Shown here: in pieces, positions 11,505 through 20,656 of the stretch | Layout: each line of letters starts with the position of its first letter | How positions within the stretch are numbered: position 1 is the stretch's first letter | Assembly (NCBI GenBank): GCA_963422645.2 | Contig: CAXXVO010000011.1 | Coordinates: 96,001 to 160,000, forward strand | Direction: 5' to 3' | Length of the DNA: 64,000 nt | Source: Alphaproteobacteria bacterium | GTDB lineage: Bacteria > Pseudomonadota > Alphaproteobacteria > UBA828 | The notes under the pieces: generated by a model | The model's input: only the letters and a program-made list of their open reading frames with translations | The model's database searches: none | Told to the model about the DNA's origin: nothing | Translations under genes and position numbers: made by a program

Positions 11505-13007
11505 GACCGGCCTCCCTCAGGCTGTCGTAGCGCTGACAGTCGGCTACCGGCTTGTGGCGAAGCTGCAGGCCCTCGGGCGTCGGGATGATTGCCGGCGGTG
11601 CCGGCTGGCGCTGCCGGGCGAGGATGTTGAGCACCACGTCGGCGCTGCAGGCACCGCAGTCGAGCGTCTCGGCACAGGCCGCCTCAACCGCCTCCAGTCC
11701 GTCCTCCAGCACCGCCGCGAGCACCTTGACGAACTGCCGGTCGCCGTCGTCGTGGCCCGCGAGCCGGGTTCGCAGGCGGCCGAGCGCGTTGGGCAACTGC
11801 CAGTCCTTGAAGGGCGCGCCATTGCGTAGCGCGCCGGGCTTCCGCGTCAGGATCGGCACGTAATGCCACGGATCGTAGACGAACCGGCCGCGCCCGAAGC
11901 TGCGGGGGTGCTCGGCAACGGTCTCGCCGTCCTGGCGGATGACGATCCGATCGGCATAGGCCCGCACGTCCACCGGCCGGCCGACGGCGCGGGCCGCGAC
12001 GCTGTACTGGTTGTTGTCGAAGCGCACCAGACAGGTCTTCGAGACCGACACCTCGCTGGCATGGAAGCCGTCGAAGGGGCCGCGATACGCCATCAGGAAG
12101 GGGGCTGCTCCTCCTCGAACACCTGCCACACCGTCTTGCCCGGGATTGTCGGATGCGGATGCTTCTTGGCGTCCTCGATGCACCGATCCATCAGCCACTC
12201 GTTGATCTCGGCGTAGGAGCGGCCCCGCGGGATGGGCACGAACAGGCGGCCGCGAAGGTCACCCACCTGCTTCTCGACCTGCCCCTTCTCCCAGCCAGCC
12301 CCTGGCGTGCACGCCACAGGCTCCACCAGATGGTGCGAGCACAGCTCCTGGAAGCGGCGGTTGTAGTCCCGCTTCTTGCCCACGAAGATCGTGCTCACCG
12401 CCGTCTTCATGTTGTCGTAGATGCCCCGCCGGCAGACCCCGCCGAAGAAGCGGAAGGCACGCTCGTGCGCCTCGAAGACCATCTCCTGGCTCTCGCGGGG
12501 AAAGATCTGGACCAGATACATCCGGCTGTGGCACAGCCGCATGTGCGCCGCCTTCACCCTGGTCGTCGCGCCCGACAGACGCGCGTACTCGTGGCTCCAG
12601 TCGAACTGGTAGGCCTCGCCGGGATCGAAGATCAGCGGCACATAGGCCTGCGCCGGCGACAACAGCCGCCACCGGCGCCGCCAGGCCCTGGCATAGCGGC
12701 GAACCGCGTCATAGCCGCCCTTGTAGCCCAGCGACACAAGGTCTTCATGAATCCGCAGAAGAGACAGCCGATCCTTGCGTGCCTTCTTCTCGTTGGCCTT
12801 CAGCTGGCGCTCAAGCTCCTCCACCCACAGCCCAAGCTTCGGCATCGGCTGGATCTTGCGCTCGTAGCTGTGCGAGGTCGCATCGCCCCGCACCACCTTG
12901 CGTATCGTGTTCTTGGAAACCCTCAAATCCCGGGCGAGCTTCTTGATCGGAACGCCCTTCACCAGATGATCCCGACGGATCTTCGCGATCGTTTCCACAA
13001 CCAGCAT
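11491..13007 (-). pseudogene. istA: IS21 transposase IstA, frameshifted near 12100
   Basis: PGEAYQFDW, IYDNMKTAV, EKGQVE in the 5' ORF; VRFDNNQYSV in the 3' ORF; shift at G5 run 12100-12104. Confidence 0.9.
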
Positions 13008-13151
13008 CTCCCCCACCACCCCGTCCGTCCAAACGACGAGGTGTGTTCATGGACACAAATCCAAGGGGGTCAATTTTGGACGCCGATCACCCCCAATAGG
13101 GGGTCACTTTTCCACGCTTAACAACACCTTTTCACCCCACAATCCTTCGCA

Positions 13152-14603
13152 ATGACCGCCGTCAAAGCCATTCGGGAATGGGGCCAGGGGTTGCTGCGCC
13201 TGAGCGCGGCCCTGGTCAAGGAGAACGACGCGCTGGAGCGGGAGAACGCCCGCTTGCGCGAGCGGATCGCCGAACTCGAGCGCAGCGCCGCGCTCGACAG
13301 CACCACCAGCTCCAAGCCGCCGGCCAGCGACGGTCTGAAGAAGAAGAGCGGTGACCGGGAGAAGCGCACCCGGAGCCAGCGCGGCAAGTCCGACAGGCCC
13401 AGTGGCGGCCAGCCGGGCCACAAGGGAACTACCCTGGAGCGGACCGCGACGCCCGACCATGTCGTCGATCATGATCCGTCCGCCTGTGAGGGCTGCGGCG
13501 CGCCGCTGTCGGACGCTGACCGTCACGGAGCCCCCGTCTGCCGGCAGGTCTTCGATGTGCCCGAGCCGCAGCCCCTCGAGGTCACCGAACATCGCGGCCA
13601 TCGTTGCCTCTGCGCTGCCTGCGGCACCGTGACGACAGCCGTCTTCCCGAACGGCGTGAGCGCACCGGTCCAATACGGGCCGCGCATCACCGCGTGGGTG
13701 ACCTACCTGCTGCACGCTCAGTTCATTCCCGAGAAGCGGGTCGCCGAGGTCATGAGCGACCTCTTCGCGGTCAAGCTCTCAACAGCCACCATCGTCGCCA
13801 TGGGAAGGCGCACCGCCCGGCGCTTCGAGGGCTTCCTCGATCGCCTCGCGGAGATCATCCGCACCGCAGCCCCAGTCAAACACCTCGACGAGACCGGCAT
13901 CCGCATCGCCGCCCGGACCCATTGGCTCCATGTGCTGTGCACCCCGTTGCTCACCATCCTGCGCGTCGCCACCGGGCGCAGCCACATCGACGAGAAGCTC
14001 AACGGCATCGTCATCCATGACGACTACGCCACCTACTTCGCTCTCGAGGGCGTGCGCCACGGGGCCTGCAACGCCCATCACCTGCGCGAGCTCCAAGCCC
14101 TCATCGAGATCGAGAAGGAAGACTGGGCAACGAGCACGCACCGGCTCCTCATCCGTGCCAACAGAGCCGCCCGCTTCGCCCACAAGAACGACTGCGACGT
14201 GCCCGCCTCACTGGTGGCCCGCATCTCGCGAGCCTGGGACCGCATCCTCGAACGTGCCATCGCCTCTCACGAAGAAATGCCACCGCTCCAGACCGGAAAG
14301 CGCGGACGACAAAAGCGCTGCATCGGTCACAACCTCGCCCTCCGACTCCAGAAGTACAAGGAGGGGTGCCTGCGCTTCCTCACCGATCCGCGAACCCCCT
14401 TCTCCAACAACGAGGCCGAGCGCGACCTCCGAATGGGCAAGCTGCGCCAGAAAATCTCAGGCGGCTTCCGCTCGATACAAGGCGCCCGCGACTTCGCAAA
14501 CCTGCGATCCGTCATCGCCACCGCTCGAAAACAGCGCTGGAATGTCCTCGAAACCCTGGCGCACCCCGATCCAATCCAGCTGATCCCCGTATTGCGCTTC
14601 TGA
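13152..14603 (+). CDS. IS66 transposase (single-ORF type)
   Basis: coiled coil + SSKPPASD, Zn-finger CxxC pairs, HLDETG, HDDY, NNEAERDLR. Confidence 0.95.
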   Translation: MTAVKAIREWGQGLLRLSAALVKENDALERENARLRERIAELERSAALDSTTSSKPPASDGLKKKSGDREKRTRSQRGKSDRPSGGQPGHKGTTLERTATPDHVVDHDPSACEGCGAPLSDADRHGAPVCRQVFDVPEPQPLEVTEHRGHRCLCAACGTVTTAVFPNGVSAPVQYGPRITAWVTYLLHAQFIPEKRVAEVMSDLFAVKLSTATIVAMGRRTARRFEGFLDRLAEIIRTAAPVKHLDETGIRIAARTHWLHVLCTPLLTILRVATGRSHIDEKLNGIVIHDDYATYFALEGVRHGACNAHHLRELQALIEIEKEDWATSTHRLLIRANRAARFAHKNDCDVPASLVARISRAWDRILERAIASHEEMPPLQTGKRGRQKRCIGHNLALRLQKYKEGCLRFLTDPRTPFSNNEAERDLRMGKLRQKISGGFRSIQGARDFANLRSVIATARKQRWNVLETLAHPDPIQLIPVLRF

Positions 14604-14715
14604 AATCCTGCGCTGCTCCGGGAAAGCGCCGCCTGACCCCTGGCTGGTCAGAACCATCAATCCATCACGTCCGAGTGCTCGGCAGAATCAGACCTGGGCA
14701 GTTACGATTAATGAT

Positions 14716-15743
14716 GGCTCAATTCGTGAATCGTATGCATTGTGATAGAATCCTTCCCGGTTCGCCTTGGAGGTCAGGCAGATGGATCACGAGCGGTTTC
14801 GGGACTGGTTCTCGCGTGTCGATGAGTTGACGGCGGCGCAGCGCAAGGAGGTCGGGGCGGTGCTGTCGGAGCCTCCGGAGGGCGCGGCCTCGCTGGCGGC
14901 GATCGAGCTGGGCGTGGATGACGAGCGGCGCTGTCCGCATTGCGGCGCAGGCGGGGCGGTGTCGCGGGGCACAAGGCGCGAGGTCTTCGCCGCTTCCGGT
15001 GCAAGGACTGCGGGAAGACCTTCGGTGCACTCACGGGCACGGCGCTGTCAGGGCTGCACCACAAGGAGCGCTGGCTGGCCTTCGGCGCCTCGCTTGCCGA
15101 GGGCGAGACGATCAAGGAGTCCGCCGAGCGCTGCGGGATTGCGCCGAGCACGGCGCATCGCTGGCGCCACCGCTTCCTGGCGGCGGTTCGGCAAGCGCCG
15201 GACCGGCTTGCCGGGATTGTCGAGGCCGACGAGACCTTCGTTCTCGAGAGCCGCAAGGGGGAGCGGAAGCTGGATCGCAAGCCGCGCCGTCGCGGCGGCA
15301 AGGCCCGCAAACGCGGCCTCTCGCGCGAGCAGGTGCCGATCCTGGTCGCCGCCGACCGTGCGGGCGAGACCCTCAGCCATAGCCTGCCCGCCCTCAACGC
15401 AAAGAGCGTGAAGGAGGTGCTGGAGCCGGTCGCAGCGGATGCGCTGCTCGTCTCCGACGCCAAGCGCTGCTATCCGCCCGTCGCGGCGGCGCTCGACATA
15501 CCTCACGAGAGCATCAACGCTTCTGCTGGCGAGCGGGTCCGGGGCGCGCTGCACATCCAGACGGTCAATAGCCGCCACAGCCAGATCAAGGGCTTCCTGC
15601 GCGGCTTCCGCGGCATCGCCACCAAGTACCTGGACAGCTATCTGAGGTGGTTCCATCTCATCGAACTCGGCGATCAGCCATCGCCCAGAGCGTGCCTCGA
15701 GGCGGCGATGGCCAGACCGCGCCTACGCTTTGCGAATTGAGCC
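14716..15743 (+). mobile_element. IS1595-family element
   Basis: IRs GGCTCAATTCG / CGAATTGAGCC; 8-bp TSD TTAATGAT. Confidence 0.93.
14782..15740 (+). pseudogene. IS1595 transposase, frameshifted near 14971
   Basis: CPHC...CKDC Zn ribbon split across frames; VEADETF, LVSDA, HIQTVN, GIATKYL. Confidence 0.88.
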
Positions 15744-15781
15744 TTAATGATTGGGCGCTGCACCGGCGAGTCCGACGAGCA

Positions 15782-16921
15782 TCATGCCATTATGAAGGAG
15801 CGGAAGCGGCGTGCCACGTCGCGGGGCGATACCGAGGGGCGCCCCAGCTCGGCGACAGAGCCGGGCGCGATCAGCGCATGGATCAGTACTGGCCTCGGGC
15901 TGCCGGTGAATGACGCCTCCAGGGCTTGGACAAAGCTCGATTCACTATCGCACCGGTAGGCCATGGGGTAGCCGCAGGCTTGGGCGACGGCGGCAAAGTC
16001 GACGTTGGGAGAGACGGTTGCCTGCCCGCCGGTCGAATCATGCACGCCGTTGTCGAGCAAGACGTGAATCAGATTGCCCGGAGCGTGGGCGCCGATTGTG
16101 GCCAGCGTACCGAGCTTCATCAGAGCCGCACCGTCCCCGTCCAACACCAGTACGGGGCGGGCCGTGTTGAGCGCGATGCCGAGGCCCATCCCTGACGCGC
16201 AGCCCATGGAGCCCACCTGGTAGAGCTGCTGAGGGCGGTCTTCGAGCGTGAACAGCTCCCGCCCGGTCTTGCCGGTGGTCGCGACCACCGCGGCCTCGGC
16301 GGGCACGAGCGCCTGAACGCAGCGCAGGAGGTCGATTCGCGCCGGCCGTTCGCCACCCTGACGGATGTCTTTGACTTGACCGCGCGCGTGGACCGGCTGG
16401 TCCGGCTGATCGAGGCCGTCGTCGCGCACGCTGCCCTTCTCCATGACGAGGGCAAAGGGTAGCTCGTCCGCCGCCATGGCCTGCTCGGCCCGGTCGAGCG
16501 CCGCCGGCACGGCCGCGGTCTCCTTGGGAAAGCCGGTATGGCCGATGGCGATCGTATCGAGGAGCGATCCCATCACCTCGCCCATGAGCTCGTGCTGGGG
16601 TTCATCCCTGAGCCCCGGCTGCCCACGCCAGGTGACAATCAAGAGCGTCGGAATGCGGAAGGGATGGTTGAGCGAGGTGAGCGGGTTGACGGTGTTGCCG
16701 AGGCCGGAGTTCTGACACATCACGACCGTGCGCCTGCCTGCGAGCCAGGCGCCCGCCGCCACCGCCACGGCCTCGCCTTCGCTCGCCGCACCCACGTAGC
16801 TGAGAGCCGGATCGGAGATCACCCGGTTGATCAGCGGCGTGAGGAACGAGCAGGGGACGCCGGTATAGAACGAGAACCCGCGATCCCGCGCGGGCTCCAG
16901 GAAGGCGTCGGCCTCAATCAT
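15782..16921 (-). CDS. aepY: phosphonopyruvate decarboxylase
   Basis: FYTGVPCSFL, QNSGLGN, DEPQHELMG, TTGKTGRELF, GSMGC, DGDGAALM, HDSTGGQ. Confidence 0.9.
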   Translation of the reverse strand: MIEADAFLEPARDRGFSFYTGVPCSFLTPLINRVISDPALSYVGAASEGEAVAVAAGAWLAGRRTVVMCQNSGLGNTVNPLTSLNHPFRIPTLLIVTWRGQPGLRDEPQHELMGEVMGSLLDTIAIGHTGFPKETAAVPAALDRAEQAMAADELPFALVMEKGSVRDDGLDQPDQPVHARGQVKDIRQGGERPARIDLLRCVQALVPAEAAVVATTGKTGRELFTLEDRPQQLYQVGSMGCASGMGLGIALNTARPVLVLDGDGAALMKLGTLATIGAHAPGNLIHVLLDNGVHDSTGGQATVSPNVDFAAVAQACGYPMAYRCDSESSFVQALEASFTGSPRPVLIHALIAPGSVAELGRPSVSPRDVARRFRSFIMA

Positions 16922-17055
16922 TCGGGTGTCTCCGGAGATGGACAATTGAAGGATGATAGACTCCTGCGATGCCTGGAGGCACAGGCGGGCGGCAAACATG
17001 GAAATTTGGCTGTGTGTCGCTTGTCAACTGTCAGGCGCCATTCTACCGTGTAGTA

Positions 17056-17334
17056 ATGATTGCGTCGTTCAGGCATCGGGGCCTGAAGGCACTCTACGAT
17101 GGCAGGACGGCCCGATGGGTAGCACCAAACCACGTCCAAAGATTGAGAGACATTCTGGCGGCTCTCGACAGCAGTCATGGACCGGACGCTATGAACCTGC
17201 CCGGGTTCCGTTTGCATGAGTTGAAGGGAAGGCTGAACGGCCACTATGCGGTTTCGGTCTCCAGCAACTGGCGTGTGACCTTTCGTTTCGAAGACGGATC
17301 GGCGGTCGATGTAGATTACGTCGACTATCACTGA
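17056..17334 (+). CDS. higB: HigB/RelE-family toxin
   Basis: MIASFRHRGL...PGFRLHELKG...NWRVTFRF...DYVDYH. Confidence 0.92.
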   Translation: MIASFRHRGLKALYDGRTARWVAPNHVQRLRDILAALDSSHGPDAMNLPGFRLHELKGRLNGHYAVSVSSNWRVTFRFEDGSAVDVDYVDYH

Positions 17335-17345
17335 GGAGACGGGAC

Positions 17346-17633
17346 ATGGCGATGCACAATCCGCCGCATCCGGGTGGGATCGTGAAGCGGCAATGCCTGG
17401 AGCCCCTGGGACTTACCGTGACACGGGCTGCTCGGGGACTTGGGGTCACGCGCCAAGCACTCTCCGAACTCATTAACGAGCGCACGGGCGTTTCGATCGA
17501 CATGGCAATAAGGCTGTCAAAAGCCTTCGGTTCGACGCCTGAGACCTGGCTTGGAATGCAGATGGCCTATGATCTTTGGCAGGCCCGCGACCGCGCTCAG
17601 CGGATTAAGGTGGAGCGCTTTGCTGCGGCCTGA
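17346..17633 (+). CDS. higA: HigA-family antitoxin (HTH)
   Basis: HNPPHPG, AIRLSKAFGSTPETWLGMQMAYDL. Confidence 0.94.
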   Translation: MAMHNPPHPGGIVKRQCLEPLGLTVTRAARGLGVTRQALSELINERTGVSIDMAIRLSKAFGSTPETWLGMQMAYDLWQARDRAQRIKVERFAAA

Positions 17634-17718
17634 CAGCCGGGCACACCTTTATTCGTCGTCTGTCGGACGAGGACATCACCATTGACAGGCGCCGACGTTC
17701 GATAGACGGTCGGGGACA

Positions 17719-18371
17719 GTGGTCCGGGTGCATTGCGCCCGCGCGTGCCGCCGCCACGACCCGGGAGGCGACCGGTTGCGCCGCTATCTGCTCCTCTACC
17801 GGTTCCTGATCGTCAATATCGTGGGCGCGGCCCTGCTCGGGCTCGCCGGCGCGCAGGGCTGGATCGCGCGGATTGCCGAGGCGGACCCCACCGGCCTCGT
17901 CTTCGTCATTTTCGGCGTCTTCGCGGTGGGCCTGGCGCTATGCGGCTACCGCCTGTTCAAGACCAGCGCGGCTCTCAACCGGCTGGAAGAGAGCGGGACG
18001 GTGGACCTTCCCGACAAGTGGACCCGCGCGCCCGTCCGCCCTGAGTTCATGGCCGAGGCCCTCAAGGCGCGGCTCTTCAGTCGCATTGCCGTGGTAAGGC
18101 AGATCGCCGCTGCGCTGGTCGTGCTCGGACTGATCGGCACGGTGGCGGGATTCATCATCGCGCTCTCCGGCGTCTCGGCGGAAGACGCCGGCACGCTTGC
18201 CGCCGTGCAGCCGATGATCTCCACCCTCATCAGCGGCATGTCGGTCGCTCTCTACACCACCCTGGAAGGGGCTGTGCTGGGCCTGTGGCTTACCGTTATA
18301 ACTACCGTATGCTGGCGACGGGCACCTCCACACTCTACAGCGAGCTTCTCGCGGCCGATGGACGAGTTTGA
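17719..18371 (+). pseudogene. MotA/TolQ/ExbB-like membrane protein, frameshifted near 18298
   Basis: LGLIGTVAGFI...GMSVALYTTLEG; removing the TA duplication restores TVNYRMLATG...GRV-stop; start uncertain. Confidence 0.7.
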
Positions 18372-18396
18372 CGACGACAGCGGCACGATCTTCCGC

Positions 18397-18984
18397 TACC
18401 GCATCGGCAGCACGGTCTTCATCCTCGCCACCACCCTCCTCGACCCCAAGGCCTGGAGCGTCGCGGAACTGGCCGAGCTCTATCACGCGCGCTGGGGAAT
18501 CGAGGAACTCTACAAGACCTCGAAACAGGCCATGGCCGTCGAGGCCTTCCACAGCCAGACCGAGCGCGGCGTCCGCCAGGAGCTCTTCGCCCACTTCAAC
18601 CTCATCGCCATGACCCGGCTCTTCACCAACCGCAGCAACGCAAGCCTCGACGCCGAGCGCCCTGCCGACGGCAAGCCGGCGATGAAAGCCAACTTCAGCA
18701 ACGGCCTCGCCACCGTCGCGCGCAACCTCGAAGCGCTGCTGCTGCGCCATACGGCGATGGTCGCCGAAACCCTCAGCCATGTCCTCTCCTGCATCAACCA
18801 GGCGCGTCAGCGCCCGCGCCCCGGCCGGTCCTGCGAACGCAGGTCGCGCAAACCCCGCGGCAAGTGGGCACGCGCAAAGCGGGCCGTCGCCTGAACACCT
18901 GAACGACAGAAACGCACGCAACCGACAGCGCAAGAACACGACTCCTTAAGTGAACAGTCGAAAACCGCTAAGTGAATGCCATTG
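18397..18984 (+). mobile_element. IS4-family 3' remnant (transposase C-terminus plus right end)
   Basis: LATTLLDP...LYHARWGIEELYK (YREK-type motif); ends AAGTGAATGCCATTG. Confidence 0.8.
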
Positions 18985-19158
18985 CCCGGCGGCGAGGGTG
19001 AGTTCACTCGGGTCACGCTCAGGCCGCGCGTGACGATCACGCCGGAGAGCGATGCCGAGGCCGCGGCACGCCTGCACGAGCAGGCCAACGCCAACTGCTT
19101 CGTCGCTCGCTCGGTCAACTTCCCCGTACATCACGAGCCCGAGATTCTCAGCGCTTGA
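18985..19158 (+). pseudogene. OsmC-family protein, C-terminal fragment
   Basis: GEFTRVTLRPRVTI...LHEQANANCFVARSVNFPV; 5' part replaced by the IS4 remnant. Confidence 0.8.
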
Positions 19159-19215
19159 GCAGTGCGGCGCGCTATGGTGCGCCATCGAGTCGACGGGAGC
19201 AGAGGAGGACGAACG

Positions 19216-20656
19216 ATGGGCGGGTTCGCGGAGTACGAGTCTTACGATGCGCTCGGTCTCGCGGCGCTGGTGAAGGCCGGCGAGGTCAGTGAGACCGAGG
19301 TGCTGGAAGCGGCGATCGCGCGCGTGGAATCGCGCAACCCGACAATCAACGCGGTCGTGATGGAGCTCTACGACCACGCCACGCAGGCGATCGAGGCAGG
19401 CCTGCCGGAAGGCCCGCTCAAGGGCGTGCCCTTCCTGCTCAAGGATCTCGGCTCGGCGCTCGCAGGCGCCAGGACCGCGCGCGGCAGCCGCTTCTTCGCC
19501 GACCTGCCGCCTGCGACAGAGGACAGCGTCCACGTCACCCGCCTCAAGCGGGCCGGCATGGTGATCTACGGCAAGACCAGCACCTGCGAGCTTGGCGCCA
19601 GCCTCACCTGCGAGCCGCAGCTCTACGGCCCCTCGCGCAACCCCTGGGACCTGGAGCGGACTCCGGCGGGCTCCAGCGGCGGCGCTTCGGCAGCGGTCTC
19701 AGCCCGCTTGCTGCCCATCGCCCACGCCTCCGACGGCTTCGGCTCGATCCGCGCGCCGGCGGCTTCCTGCGGCCTGGTGGGCCTGCGCCCGACCCGGGCG
19801 CGCAACACCATGGCGCCCTACTTCGGCGAATCGCTCGGCGGGCTCGCAATCGAGCACGCGGTATCGCTCACGGTCCGAGACAGCGCGGCGCTCCTCGATG
19901 CCACGTCAGGCCCCGCGCCCGGCGATCCCTACATCGCGCCGCCGCCTGCCCGCCCCTTCCTCGAAGAGGTGGGCGCCGGTCCCGGCACGCTTCGCATCGC
20001 CTTCACCAGCAGGGCGCCCAACGGCGCGCCGGTGGTGGCCGACTCGTTCAGGGTCCTGCAAGAGACCGCGTCGCTCTGCGAAGACCTCGGCCACCGGGTC
20101 GCGGAAGCCGATCCCGCAATCGACAGGGCCGACGTGATACCGACCTTCCACACCATCAGCGCGATCCAGATCCTCTACCTGCTGCGCGCACATCCCTCGG
20201 GCCGCACGCCTGCGCCGGGCGAGCTGGAGACCGTGGTCGCCGACAGACACGGCCAGGCTCGCCGAGACCATCGACGGCACGACTTACATGGCTGCGGTCC
20301 ACACGGCGCACCGCATCGGCCGCCAGATGGCGGCGTTCCACGCGGACTGGGACGTGCTACTCACCCCCGGGCTCGGCACGCTGCCGCCCAGGCTCGGCTG
20401 GATGGACATGATGATGGAGGACCTGGAGGAATACTGGCGCCGGGTATTCGAGTTCAGCCCCTTCACGGTCTGGTTCAATCTCACCGGCCAGCCGGCCATG
20501 ATGATCCCGTTAGGCACGACCGAGAGCGGCTTCCCGGTCGCCGTGCAGGCCATTGCCCGCCACGGCGACGAGGCGACGCTCTTCCGCCTCGCCGCTCAGC
20601 TGGAAGAAGCGCGTCCCTGGATCGACCGCCGCCCGGCGTGGACTACGGCGGGCTAA
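19216..20656 (+). pseudogene. amidase-signature family enzyme, frameshifted near 20245
   Basis: GVPFLLKD, GSSGG, SDGFGSIRAPA; C-terminus (FNLTGQPA...LAAQLE) in another frame after a GACA duplication. Confidence 0.88.

Larger units (their letters stand above)
10574..13126 (-). mobile_element. IS21-family element
   Basis: TGT...ACA termini with subterminal repeats; istA-istB. Confidence 0.92.
10386..14705 (+). mobile_element. IS66-family element, copy 1, interrupted by nested IS remnant and IS21
   Basis: ends GTAACTACCCAGGT / ACCTGGGCAGTTAC; 8-bp TSD GATTAATG both sides; outer parts match 60878-63338. Confidence 0.93.

Noticed and set aside
12090-12110. Programmed frameshift in istA
   Set aside because: No slippery heptamer; IstA is normally a single ORF, so a mutation or sequencing error is more likely
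13040-13126. Short repeats GGGGTCAATTTTGGACGCCGAT / GGGGTCACTTTTCCACGCT
   Set aside because: Ordinary IS21 subterminal transposase-binding repeats, not CRISPR
17719-18894. Apparent MotA-transposase fusion protein
   Set aside because: Produced by a frameshift plus a deletion joining three separate gene fragments
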